Positions 1 to 9,224 of a DNA stretch of 64,000 nucleotides are shown here, in pieces. This DNA is from Tidjanibacter sp. (GTDB taxonomy: Bacteria; Bacteroidota; Bacteroidia; Bacteroidales; Rikenellaceae). Numbering within the stretch: the first letter of the stretch is position 1; every line of letters starts with the position of its first letter. The stretch is from positions 4,870 to 68,869 of the forward strand of contig JAZOCT010000001.1 of assembly GCA_045596685.1 (NCBI GenBank), read 5' to 3'. Both the position numbers and the translations under genes were made by a program. Below the pieces are notes generated by a model. The model was not told where the DNA came from and did no database searches. It worked only from the letters and a program-made list of their open reading frames with translations.

Positions 1-1
1 G

Positions 2-1108
2 AACGTGACCCTCGCCAAGAGAGATGGCTCGCTCACAAAGACCAAAATCAAGGATTTGATGGTATTTGAGGGATTGGGCAAGTCGAAGGTTGAGAGTGTG
101 GAGTGTGGCGAGATTTGCGCCCTTGTAGGCATTGACGGTTTCGAGATTGGCGACACCATCTGCGACTACGAAAACCCCGAGCCACTGCCCCCCATCGCCA
201 TTGATGAGCCTACGATGAGTATGCTCTTCACCATCAACGACTCGCCTTTCTTCGGCAAGGATGGTAAGTATGTGACCAGCCGTCACATCAAGGAGAGGCT
301 CGACAAAGAGTTGGAGAAGAACCTCGCTCTCCGCGTGGTGCAGGGCGAAAGTGCCGACAAATTCATCGTCTATGGTCGTGGCGTATTGCACCTCTCGGTA
401 CTCATCGAGACTATGCGTCGTGAGGGCTATGAGTTGCAGGTAGGTCAGCCCAAAGTAATCTTCAAGGAGATTGATGGGGTAAGGTGTGAGCCTGTGGAGG
501 AACTCACCATCGACGTGCCCGACGACTACGCAGGTAAGGCAATAGAACTGACCACCAAGCGTAAAGGTTCGCTCAAAAATATGGAATCGCGCAACGAGCG
601 CACAAGACTCGAATTTGAGATACCCTCGCGTGGCATCATCGGTCTGCGTAGCAACCTGCTGACCGCCACCGCCGGTGAGGCTATTATGGCACACCGCTTG
701 AAAGGATTTGAGCCCTATAAGGGTGAAATTGAGATGCGCTCGGTGGGCTCTTTGGTGGCTATGGAGACGGGGCAAGCGTACGCCTACGCACTAGGTAAGG
801 TGCAAGATAGGGGCCGCTTCTTTGTGGAGCCAGGTGATGAGATTTACTGCGGACAGGTTGTGGGCGAGAATACCCGCGACAACGACATCTGCCTGAACCT
901 CACCAAGAGCAAGAAACTCACCAATATGCGTGCGAGTGGCTCGGATGAGAAGATTATTCTTGCACCCGCTGTAAAGTTCTCTTTGGAGGAGGCTTTGGAG
1001 TATATCCGCGAGGATGAGTATGTGGAGATTACGCCCAAGTTTATGCGTATGCGTAAGATTCTGTTGAGCGAAATTGACCGCAAACGAGCCGAAAAGGCAC
1101 AGCAATAA
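2..1108 (+). CDS. typA: translational GTPase TypA/BipA, C-terminal part (5' end lies outside the window)
   Basis: The ORF is open at the window edge. The 367-aa product reads like TypA domains III-V and the C-terminal domain (GRGVLHLSVLIETMRREGYEL, FVEPGDEIYCGQVVGEN). Confidence 0.85.
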   Translation, partial: NVTLAKRDGSLTKTKIKDLMVFEGLGKSKVESVECGEICALVGIDGFEIGDTICDYENPEPLPPIAIDEPTMSMLFTINDSPFFGKDGKYVTSRHIKERLDKELEKNLALRVVQGESADKFIVYGRGVLHLSVLIETMRREGYELQVGQPKVIFKEIDGVRCEPVEELTIDVPDDYAGKAIELTTKRKGSLKNMESRNERTRLEFEIPSRGIIGLRSNLLTATAGEAIMAHRLKGFEPYKGEIEMRSVGSLVAMETGQAYAYALGKVQDRGRFFVEPGDEIYCGQVVGENTRDNDICLNLTKSKKLTNMRASGSDEKIILAPAVKFSLEEALEYIREDEYVEITPKFMRMRKILLSEIDRKRAEKAQQ

Positions 1109-1110
1109 AC

Positions 1111-1146
1111 AAAACGGGGGCTTCGATTGAAGTCCCCGTTTTTGTT
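1111..1146 (+). terminator. intrinsic terminator after typA
   Basis: Hairpin aaaacgggggcttc / gaagtccccgtttt followed by a T-run, 3 nt after the typA stop. Confidence 0.7.
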
Positions 1147-1348
1147 GGTCTAACGTCCAACGTCGCGGGGCGCACCGAATTGGTGCGCCCCGAAAACTTA
1201 TTAGGGAGGTTAGGGAGCACTAGGAGCACTAGGACTTATGGGAACTCCCAGAACTCCCAGAACTCCCAGAACTCCCAGAACTCCCAGAACTCCCAGAACT
1301 CCCAGAAACTTTTCGGGCGCATCGCGCCCGCGACGTTAGACGTTGGAC
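1147..1348. repeat. composite intergenic repeat: inverted (GACGTTR)n heptamer arrays, GC hairpins and 9-bp tandem arrays
   Basis: gtctaacgtccaacgtcgcg (1147-1166) faces cgcgacgttagacgttggac (1329-1348). Hairpins: ggggcgcacc..ggtgcgcccc and cgggcgcatcgcgcccg. 9-mer arrays: ttagggagg/ttagggagc/actaggagc x2 (1201-1236) and gaactccca x7 (1242-1304). Confidence 0.9.
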
Positions 1349-1472
1349 AAAAAACGCAGATAAGCGAGCGGATTTTAGGCGCACAAGAAAATCCCCTCCG
1401 CAGTTTGCTCTTCGCAAATGAGGAGGGGATTTATCGCCGTGCAACGCCAAAGGCGCCGCTTATATGCGTTTT

Positions 1473-1474
<2 letters not shown>
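1349..1474. repeat. structured palindromic repeat of about 125 nt, copy 1 (family also at 17011, 31727, 50242, 50397)
   Basis: Ends aaaaaacgcagataagcg...cgcttatatgcgtttttt pair over about 20 bp. Apical motif cgcagtttgc-tcttc-gcaaatgag is flanked by helix aatcccctc/gaggggatt. It sits between the convergent genes typA and ntpK. Confidence 0.85.
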
Positions 1475-1946
<472 letters not shown>

Positions 1947-1969
1947 TTAGTTTGTTAATTATTTGTTTT

Positions 1970-3793
1970 TTAGTTTGTTTTGCGTCTCTCAAAAGGAGTG
2001 TAAATCCTTGTTGAAGCCTCGAATCCCGCATTCTTGTAGAACTCGATAAAGGTAAGTCGCATTGGGTGTACAAAGGCACCAATGGCCGACATAAAGATGT
2101 TGATACCGTGACCAAAGCCCAAAATCAGGAACATCACCAATTGGCGAAGACCCGGGGTGTCGGGCGCAAGACTTCCGGCCAAGTCGTTGAACACCACCGC
2201 CAAAGCACCACCCGAAAGGCTGATGGCAAATAGGCGGACGTAACTCAACACATCGCCCAGCAGACCCGTAAGGTTGTTATAGGTATCCCACAAGCCCGAG
2301 CCAAAATTGACCAAAGGATTGCGGTTGGGGTTGTTCAAAAGGAGCATCAGCACTGCACCGACAATCAGCACACCGAGGAAGATGGGCGACGAGAAGCCAA
2401 AGCCCGCAACTCCCACCATCGGCAGCAAGAATGCCAACAAGCAATCAACCAAGATGATAAGCCACCCAAGAGTGCCAAACGAATACTTGAAGCCGTAGGC
2501 AATAGTGGTGTTTATCACGTTGAGTACCAATGCAAAGATAATCTGAACGATACCGCAGCCGAGTGCGATGTAGAAGAGTTGGTCGTTGATGGTCTGCATC
2601 GCATTGTTGTACCACTCGGGAACACCCAATGTGCGCAACGACACGCCAAAGACGTTACCAATACAAAGACCAAAGAGCACCGAAGCCGCACCCAACCACA
2701 TAACAAGTTGGGAGATAAGGCCCATACCCTTCATCTTCTTCAAGAACATAAACAGACCTATAAGGAAGAAGGTCGCACCATAGCCCGCATCGCCAATACA
2801 GAAGCCGAAGAAGAGCATATAGAAGGGTGCAAAGTACCTCGTGAGGTCCATAGTGCCATACTTGGGTACAGCATAGAAGTCGCCAATGAACTCAAAGGGT
2901 TTGGCAAACCAACCATTTTTGAGTTTCACAGGGGTATCGTCCTCCATTGTGGGTTTCTCCTTAACATAGAGCACATCGCCCTCGCCTTCGAGGAGCGCAT
3001 CCACCTCGGGGGCGTTCTCCTCGGGAGCCCAACCTTGCAGAACGATAAGTTTACCCTCTGCCTCTTGGTCACCACTGCGGCTCACCTGACTGAACTGCAA
3101 CTCATCTTTGAGGCTGTTCTCGTGGTCGACAATCAGTGCCTCGCTTGCCACACAGCGCGCCATAACACCCTGCCACTCTGCGAGTTCTGCCTGTAAGGAG
3201 GCAATCTCTCGACCTTTATCCTCGGCATTGAGCGTGGGGGTCTTAATCACCTGCGCATCAATCTGTGGTGCGGGTTCACCCTTGCGTGTAACTGCCACAA
3301 AGTAGGTCACACCTGCCTTCTCGGCAATGGGCTCAACGGTATACATCTCACCCCAAGTGGCTATCCCTTGTGCGTACTCATTGGAGTAGCAGGAGTAGAA
3401 GTGGAGCAAGATACCCTCCGATTCGAGGCGCGCGATGGACTCGGGTGCAAAGTTGCCCCACACTGCAAGTTCCTCGGCCTCCTTTGTTGCTTTGGCAATC
3501 TGCGCATTGAGGGAGTCAATAGCCGCCGATGCTTTGCGGTAGTTTTCGTAGGCCTCCTCACCGCTGGCGAAAGGCTCACCAGAGGCGTATTGGGGCTGTT
3601 TTTTCAGAGTAGAGAACGATTCGGAAGCCGCCTTGTGAGCCTCAATCTCACCCAGCACCTCTCTTTCGCGCTCATTGGGTTCCCAACCGCTGGTTGTGAT
3701 GTCCACAACGCCGAGTTCCTGCAACTTTGCGAGGAACTCCTCCTGTGCCTTATGATAGAGCACAAGAGTATATTTGTTCATCTTAACTATCAT
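1970..3793 (-). CDS. ntpI: V-type ATP synthase subunit I (a-subunit homolog)
   Basis: 607 aa, with a soluble coiled N-terminal half and a multi-TM C-terminal half. It overlaps the ntpD stop by 4 nt. Confidence 0.8.
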   Translation of the reverse strand: MIVKMNKYTLVLYHKAQEEFLAKLQELGVVDITTSGWEPNEREREVLGEIEAHKAASESFSTLKKQPQYASGEPFASGEEAYENYRKASAAIDSLNAQIAKATKEAEELAVWGNFAPESIARLESEGILLHFYSCYSNEYAQGIATWGEMYTVEPIAEKAGVTYFVAVTRKGEPAPQIDAQVIKTPTLNAEDKGREIASLQAELAEWQGVMARCVASEALIVDHENSLKDELQFSQVSRSGDQEAEGKLIVLQGWAPEENAPEVDALLEGEGDVLYVKEKPTMEDDTPVKLKNGWFAKPFEFIGDFYAVPKYGTMDLTRYFAPFYMLFFGFCIGDAGYGATFFLIGLFMFLKKMKGMGLISQLVMWLGAASVLFGLCIGNVFGVSLRTLGVPEWYNNAMQTINDQLFYIALGCGIVQIIFALVLNVINTTIAYGFKYSFGTLGWLIILVDCLLAFLLPMVGVAGFGFSSPIFLGVLIVGAVLMLLLNNPNRNPLVNFGSGLWDTYNNLTGLLGDVLSYVRLFAISLSGGALAVVFNDLAGSLAPDTPGLRQLVMFLILGFGHGINIFMSAIGAFVHPMRLTFIEFYKNAGFEASTRIYTPFERRKTN

Positions 3794-4398
3794 AACTCTT
3801 CGGCGGGTTTTAGTTGTTCGTGTTTAGTCTTAACAATCTTCTGGGCGCTCTTCGAGAGGTTCTCCTCATCTTCGAGGAAGCGTTTAATCTTCCTTATTGC
3901 GTCCTCATAGCCCGGAATCTGCACTTTTTCGTACAGATTGACCTTCTGTGTAGTCTTTTTGCGTGCGTGGTCGAGGAGTTCGGTGCGGCGCATAAATACC
4001 GCAAACTCAATCCCCAAGCGGGCAATCTCCTTCAAAACCTCCACCCCATCGGCATACCACGCGGGCGAGGAGAAGAGGTCGTAGGGACGCTGCTCAAAGA
4101 CCACCTCCGAAAGGGCAGGAATCTTCACACCGGCAATCTTATTGACCCCCAGCACGACATCCTTCACCACAAGAAGGTCACTCTCGAACTCACCCCAAAG
4201 TGCCGACATATAGTCGTACTTTGCCATCAACTCATCCATCTGCCTCTGGTAGCCCTCTGCCTTATCTTTGGCAGCCGACACCTCAACCCTCAAAGCCGAC
4301 TCCTTACTCTTGATGGTGGGGAGTGCTTTTTGGCGCATTTTGAGTTGTTTGCCGAGTTCGCCGAGCGAAGTCTTATTATATTGAAACTTTATTGCCAT
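3790..4398 (-). CDS. ntpD: V-type ATP synthase subunit D
   Basis: 202 aa with a helical, charged composition. Its position between B and I matches the operon order. Confidence 0.75.
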   Translation of the reverse strand: MAIKFQYNKTSLGELGKQLKMRQKALPTIKSKESALRVEVSAAKDKAEGYQRQMDELMAKYDYMSALWGEFESDLLVVKDVVLGVNKIAGVKIPALSEVVFEQRPYDLFSSPAWYADGVEVLKEIARLGIEFAVFMRRTELLDHARKKTTQKVNLYEKVQIPGYEDAIRKIKRFLEDEENLSKSAQKIVKTKHEQLKPAEEL

Positions 4399-4537
4399 CT
4401 AAATCCTTCAATTAGAATGGTTATCCTTTCTTTGTCTAATTCATTGAATTTTTGAACTATTTTTTTCCTTTGGCAAGGGAGCATAGCGGGCCTATGCAAC
4501 CGCACAAAAGGGGAAAAAGAGCCAAAAAGAGGATGAA

Positions 4538-5854
4538 TTATTTCCAATACTTCTCTACCAATTCGGCCTTAATTGTAACCTCCGACTTCTTGAAGTACTT
4601 GGCAAACAGAGTCCAAGCGGTGTCGAGCATCTCGGTGATGTCGATATTCACGTCAATGGAGAGCAACTTATCCGAATACTCCTTCGCAAACGCCAGAGCG
4701 CGCTCATCGTAGTCCGAAAGGTCAAAACCATTCTCCAACTTGGTCTTGGCACCCGCAGCATCCGAATACAAACGCACAGCGGCATTCATAACCTGGGGAT
4801 GGTCCTCGCGGGTCTTCTTGCCAATCACGAGTTGTTTCAGACGCGAAAGCGAGCGGAAGGGATCTACGATAACCTTGCCCGTATCGGTGTCGTTACGGAG
4901 GAAGAGCTGACCCTCGGTAATGTAACCCGTATTATCGGGAATTGCGTGGGTAATATCGCCACCCGAAAGGGTCGTAACGGCAATAATGGTAATCGAACCA
5001 CCCGAAGGCAACTGTACGGCTTTCTCGTAAATCTTCGCCAAGTCCGAGTAGAGCGAACCGGGCATCGAATCCTTCGAGGGAATCTGGTCCATACGGTTCG
5101 ACACGATAGCGAGTGCATCGGCGTAGAGGGTCATATCGGTGAGCAGCACCAGAACCTTCTCGCCCTTATCGGCAGCGAAATACTCTGCTGCTGTAAGTGC
5201 CATATCGGGCACCAACAGACGCTCCACAGGAGGATTCTCCGTTGTGTTCACAAAGCAAACAATCCTATCCAACACGCCCGCATTCTCAAACAAGTTCTTG
5301 AAATAGAGGAAGTCGTCGTTGGTCATACCCATACCGCCCAAGATAATCTTGTCGGCCTTTGCCCTCAAAGCCACATTGGCCATCACCTGGTTGTAGGGCT
5401 GGTCGGGGTCGGCAAAGAAAGGAATCTTCTGACCCGACACGATGGTGTTGTTAAGGTCGATACCTGCAATACCCGTAGCAATCAACTCCGAAGGCTGACG
5501 ACGACGGAAGGGATTTACGGTAGGACCGCCAATCTCCCTCTCCTCGCCCTCAACGGGGGCTCCTCCTTCGAGGGGCTCGCCATAGGCGTTGAAGAAACGA
5601 CCTGCCAGGCCATCGCCCACCTTCAACGTGGGGGGCACACCGTGAAACAGTACCTCGGCATCGGTAGAGATACCCTCGGTACCCTCAAACACCTGCAAGG
5701 TAACCTCGTCACCCATAATCTTAACCACCTGTGCAAGGTGACCACCAACGGTTGCGAGTTCGTCGTTACCCACACCCGTAGCGTGAAGTGTCACGGTTGC
5801 TTTGGTGATGTTGTCAATTTTGGTGTATATCTTCTGAAATGCTTTTGTAGTCAT
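4538..5854 (-). CDS. ntpB: V-type ATP synthase subunit B
   Basis: 438 aa with an A/B-type ATPase fold sequence (SRMDQIPSKDSMPGSLYSDLAKIYE, ITIIAVTTLSGGDITH). Confidence 0.9.
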   Translation of the reverse strand: MTTKAFQKIYTKIDNITKATVTLHATGVGNDELATVGGHLAQVVKIMGDEVTLQVFEGTEGISTDAEVLFHGVPPTLKVGDGLAGRFFNAYGEPLEGGAPVEGEEREIGGPTVNPFRRRQPSELIATGIAGIDLNNTIVSGQKIPFFADPDQPYNQVMANVALRAKADKIILGGMGMTNDDFLYFKNLFENAGVLDRIVCFVNTTENPPVERLLVPDMALTAAEYFAADKGEKVLVLLTDMTLYADALAIVSNRMDQIPSKDSMPGSLYSDLAKIYEKAVQLPSGGSITIIAVTTLSGGDITHAIPDNTGYITEGQLFLRNDTDTGKVIVDPFRSLSRLKQLVIGKKTREDHPQVMNAAVRLYSDAAGAKTKLENGFDLSDYDERALAFAKEYSDKLLSIDVNIDITEMLDTAWTLFAKYFKKSEVTIKAELVEKYWK

Positions 5855-5872
5855 ATCTCTTCTCCTCCAAGT

Positions 5873-7621
5873 TTATTTAGTGGTAGCAAATGCCCTGATT
5901 TCAGCCTCACCTTTTGCAAACGCCTCGCTCTTCCACTCGGTGTAGTTGAGTTGTTTGAAGAGGTTGATGAGGGTCTTGAAGAATGCCGAGCACTCCTCAA
6001 AGTCGGCAAAGTTGTACTCCTTGCGGCACATCTCCATCACAAAGTCGAACATATATTTTTGGCGGTCAATGGGGCAGTTGGCATCAATGTCATCGAATGC
6101 ATCCTGTTGCAAGATAACAAAGTCCACGAGTTCGCTCTTCCAGAACATCTCGTGATACTCTACGGGCACACCGTCGTCACCGAGAATGTTGATTTGCTCG
6201 GCTGCCTCTTTACCCCTACGCACGAGGGTCTTACCCTCCATTACGTTCTTAACCCAACCATCTTCGATGTGGTCATCGAGGTACTCCACGATTTCGGGAT
6301 ATTCGAGATATTTGGAGTAACTATCCAGCGGGTCGATAGCGGGATAGCGTTTCGAGTCGGCACGCTGCTGCGAGAGTGCATAGAAACACCTTGCAGCCTT
6401 CTTTGTGGACTCCGTAACGGGCTCCTTCAAGTTACCACCCGCAGGCGATACGGTACCGAGGAAAGTTACCGAACCGGTCACACCATTGCGCAAGTGTACC
6501 AAGCCCGCCCTCGCGTAGAACGACGAGATGATGGCCGAGAGGTCCATAGGGAATGCGTCCTGACCGGGAAGTTCCTCCAAACGGTTACTCATCTCACGAA
6601 GAGCCTGTGCCCAACGCGAAGTAGAGTCGGCCAACAGAAGCACCTTCAAACCCATAGCACGGTAGTACTCCGCGATGGTCATACCCGTGTAAACCGAAGC
6701 CTCACGAGCCGCAACGGGCATATTCGAGGTATTACAGATGATGGTTGTACGCTCCATAAGTTTGTGACCGGTACGGGGGTCGTCCAAGTGGGGGAACTCG
6801 GCGAAAATCTCCACCACCTCATTTGCACGCTCACCGCAGGCTACCATAATAATAAGGTCTGCCTCGGCCTGTTTCGAAATGGCGTGCTGCAACACAGTCT
6901 TACCTGCACCGAAAGGACCGGGAATGAAACCCGTACCGCCATCGGCAATGGGGTTGAAGGTATCAATAGCCCTCACACCTGTCTCCATAATACGGCTGGG
7001 ACGGGGTTTGGCGCTATACGCCTTGATGGCCTTCTTAACGGGCCAGCGCTGTACCATAGTCACCTCGTGGTCCTCACCCTTCTCGTCCGTAAGTACAGCC
7101 ACAACGGTATTCACATTGTACTGTCCCTCCTCTTTGAGCGACTTGATGGTGTAGGTCTGCTCCATAACAAAGGGAACCATAATTTTGTGGGCTACCCACA
7201 ACTCCTGAACCTCACCGAGCCAATCGCCTGCGGTAACCTTATCGCCCACCTTTGCGAGGGGCTTATAGTCCCAGAGTTTCTCGTAGTCGATGGGGTCGGT
7301 TTTGGTACCCCTCTCGATGAAGAGGCTCTCCATCCTTTCGAGGTCGTTTTGCAGACCGTCGTAGTTGCGCGAGATGATACCGGGAGCAAGTGTTGCTTCG
7401 AGCATATGGCCCTCAAACTCCACCTCGGTACCGATTCGCAAACCGCGTGTCGAGTCGAAGACCTGAACGTAGGCATCCTTACCCGTCACCTTAATCACCT
7501 CCGCCATCAACTTCACGCCACCAATGGTGATGTAGCAGATTTCGTTCTGCGACACAGCGCCCTCGGTGCGTACAATCACGATATTGGAGATAATACCTTG
7601 TACTTTACCAGTAGTTTTCAT
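5873..7621 (-). CDS. ntpA: V-type ATP synthase catalytic subunit A
   Basis: 582 aa. Walker A is GPFGAGKTV. The sequence also contains the non-homologous insert typical of A subunits. Confidence 0.9.
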   Translation of the reverse strand: MKTTGKVQGIISNIVIVRTEGAVSQNEICYITIGGVKLMAEVIKVTGKDAYVQVFDSTRGLRIGTEVEFEGHMLEATLAPGIISRNYDGLQNDLERMESLFIERGTKTDPIDYEKLWDYKPLAKVGDKVTAGDWLGEVQELWVAHKIMVPFVMEQTYTIKSLKEEGQYNVNTVVAVLTDEKGEDHEVTMVQRWPVKKAIKAYSAKPRPSRIMETGVRAIDTFNPIADGGTGFIPGPFGAGKTVLQHAISKQAEADLIIMVACGERANEVVEIFAEFPHLDDPRTGHKLMERTTIICNTSNMPVAAREASVYTGMTIAEYYRAMGLKVLLLADSTSRWAQALREMSNRLEELPGQDAFPMDLSAIISSFYARAGLVHLRNGVTGSVTFLGTVSPAGGNLKEPVTESTKKAARCFYALSQQRADSKRYPAIDPLDSYSKYLEYPEIVEYLDDHIEDGWVKNVMEGKTLVRRGKEAAEQINILGDDGVPVEYHEMFWKSELVDFVILQQDAFDDIDANCPIDRQKYMFDFVMEMCRKEYNFADFEECSAFFKTLINLFKQLNYTEWKSEAFAKGEAEIRAFATTK

Positions 7622-7676
7622 TTAATATTTCTATTTTTTGTTTTTTTGAATTTTCGTCACTTTTTCAGCCACCCCT

Positions 7677-8546
7677 CTACTCCGCATATCTTCTTTCGGC
7701 CTGACGGATGTGCTCCGTAGCACCGAGCGAGGATACCAACCTGCGGAACATCTCTTTGCCTCTCTCGGCATCGAGCCTTGCCCAGCGGTGGACAAGCGAA
7801 AGGCGTACAATGTAGCCCAAAAGGAAGTCTATATTGAAGTAATCGAAGGTCGAAAGTTCCTCCGAAATACCCCAACGAATCATATCTATGCGGTGCTCCT
7901 TATCGAGAAGGTTCTCATTCTCGGCAAGTGCACCAATGAGGGTATCGACATAGCCAACCTCACCTTTCAGTCCGAAGTCGGCAGCCGACGAGCGCGATAG
8001 TTGCTGTACGACCTCACCGTCGCCCACCATCCATTCGGCAATGGTGAGTCCTTTGGCGCGGGCTGCGAGCGCTGCGGTGATGTTGCGCAGGTTGCGGTCA
8101 GCCTCACTCCACTCCCTCAAAAAGCGACACCCGCTGGTGGCGCAGTAGCGGTAGTAGGCAGCAAAGAGTTCCGTTGCAAATGCACGCGAGGGGTCCACCC
8201 TCCTCAAACGCTCATCGTCGGCATCCACCTCGCCACCAGCCATATCGGTGTAGAGTTCCACAACCTCCGCCAACTCACGGGGAAGTTCGCTCGGGCGCTC
8301 CAACTGCTCGGCAATCTCCTCGCGCGAGAAGTTACCCAGCGTGGAGTATCCCTCCCTGCCACTCTTGATATTCACCATATTGCACACATCGTGGAAGAGC
8401 ATCCAACCGCGCAATGCCCGGGCATCCTCCTTCGAGAGTTCGTCGGCAATCTCGTCAATCACCTCTCTCGCGTCGAACCCCTTGACATCGCCATCGAGCG
8501 AATACTCCCTCAATCCGGCAACAAGGCAGTAGTAATTTTTAGCCAT
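7677..8546 (-). CDS. DUF2764-type protein (subunit C-like component of the Bacteroidetes V-ATPase operon)
   Basis: 289 aa. It lies between ntpE and ntpA, as in Bacteroidetes V-ATPase operons. The family assignment is from memory. Confidence 0.55.
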   Translation of the reverse strand: MAKNYYCLVAGLREYSLDGDVKGFDAREVIDEIADELSKEDARALRGWMLFHDVCNMVNIKSGREGYSTLGNFSREEIAEQLERPSELPRELAEVVELYTDMAGGEVDADDERLRRVDPSRAFATELFAAYYRYCATSGCRFLREWSEADRNLRNITAALAARAKGLTIAEWMVGDGEVVQQLSRSSAADFGLKGEVGYVDTLIGALAENENLLDKEHRIDMIRWGISEELSTFDYFNIDFLLGYIVRLSLVHRWARLDAERGKEMFRRLVSSLGATEHIRQAERRYAE

Positions 8547-8566
8547 AACTTATCCTACCCTATTGT

Positions 8567-9169
8567 TTAGAAGAGCATCTTCGTGATTTTCTCTTTGAGA
8601 TATTCGGCCAGAAGAGCCGAAAAATCCTCCTCGGTGAAACTGATGTAGTAGCCACCCTCTTTGGGTGCCACCTTGAAACCACTCTTCACCTTCTCGGAGT
8701 AGCCCACCTCGATGCCTGCCGACAAGAGAGCCTTCACTGCGCCCTCGGCATCGGCATCAAATTTGGCCCTCATCTCCACAGGAAGGGTAGCCTCCAAAGT
8801 CACCTTCTCACCATTCCACGCGCGAGCAACAGCCAACAACATCTCCTTCACGAACTCAACATCAAGCGATGCAGCGTGCACTGCGGGCTCACTCACTTTG
8901 GCAACAACCAGCCCTGCGATATTCTCGCGGAGCGATGCCACCATCTGGCGTACCGAAAGCCTCATCTCGGTTTCGTTGTTTTTCTTCACCTCGTCGGCTT
9001 TCACCTCGGCAGCCTTCACGATAGCCTCTGCTTTTGCCTCGGCCTCGGCAACGAGTGCAGCAGCCTTTGCCTCGGCCTCGGCTACCATTTGTGCAGCCTC
9101 CTCGCGACCCTTCGAAAGACCCTCATCATAGAGTTTTGCGGTCAATTCTTGCAATTTTTTGTTTTCCAT
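8567..9169 (-). CDS. ntpE: V-type ATP synthase subunit E
   Basis: 200 aa. The N-terminal half is a long Ala/Glu/Lys-rich helix. It is the first gene of the operon. Confidence 0.75.
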   Translation of the reverse strand: MENKKLQELTAKLYDEGLSKGREEAAQMVAEAEAKAAALVAEAEAKAEAIVKAAEVKADEVKKNNETEMRLSVRQMVASLRENIAGLVVAKVSEPAVHAASLDVEFVKEMLLAVARAWNGEKVTLEATLPVEMRAKFDADAEGAVKALLSAGIEVGYSEKVKSGFKVAPKEGGYYISFTEEDFSALLAEYLKEKITKMLF

Positions 9170-9190
9170 TTTTTATTGTTCAATTATTAT

Positions 9191-9224
9191 AATTTTGAAT
9201 TTTGAATTCTAAATTTTGAATTTC
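9191..9224. repeat. TTTTGAA-type heptamer/octamer tandem array
   Basis: aattttgaattttgaattctaaattttgaatttc. It fills most of the 54-nt gap between the DUF4301 gene stop and the ntpE start. Confidence 0.85.

Noticed and set aside
1201-1236. TTAGGG-containing units (TTAGGGAGG), also present at 53658-53692, which resemble telomeric repeats.
   Set aside because: The period is 9 bp, not 6. The arrays are only 3-4 units long and internal to a bacterial chromosome with normal flanking genes, so the resemblance is superficial.
4399-4537. A 139-nt gap inside the V-ATPase operon (between ntpB and ntpD) as a possible regulatory RNA.
   Set aside because: I saw no convincing hairpin, repeat or conserved motif. 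It is probably just an intercistronic spacer.
4799-7720. A 973-aa ORF on the plus strand spanning ntpB and ntpA.
   Set aside because: It is antisense to two strongly recognisable ATPase genes. The product is low-complexity (rich in H, G, R, V and L) with no motifs, so it is a typical shadow ORF. The same reasoning applies to 58460-60178 (-), 11969-12970 (-), 13894-14610 (-), 23580-24410 (-), 25590-26333 (-), 43206-43988 (-), 44733-45572 (-), 50930-51706 (+), 33942-34925 (+) and 9767-10825 (+).
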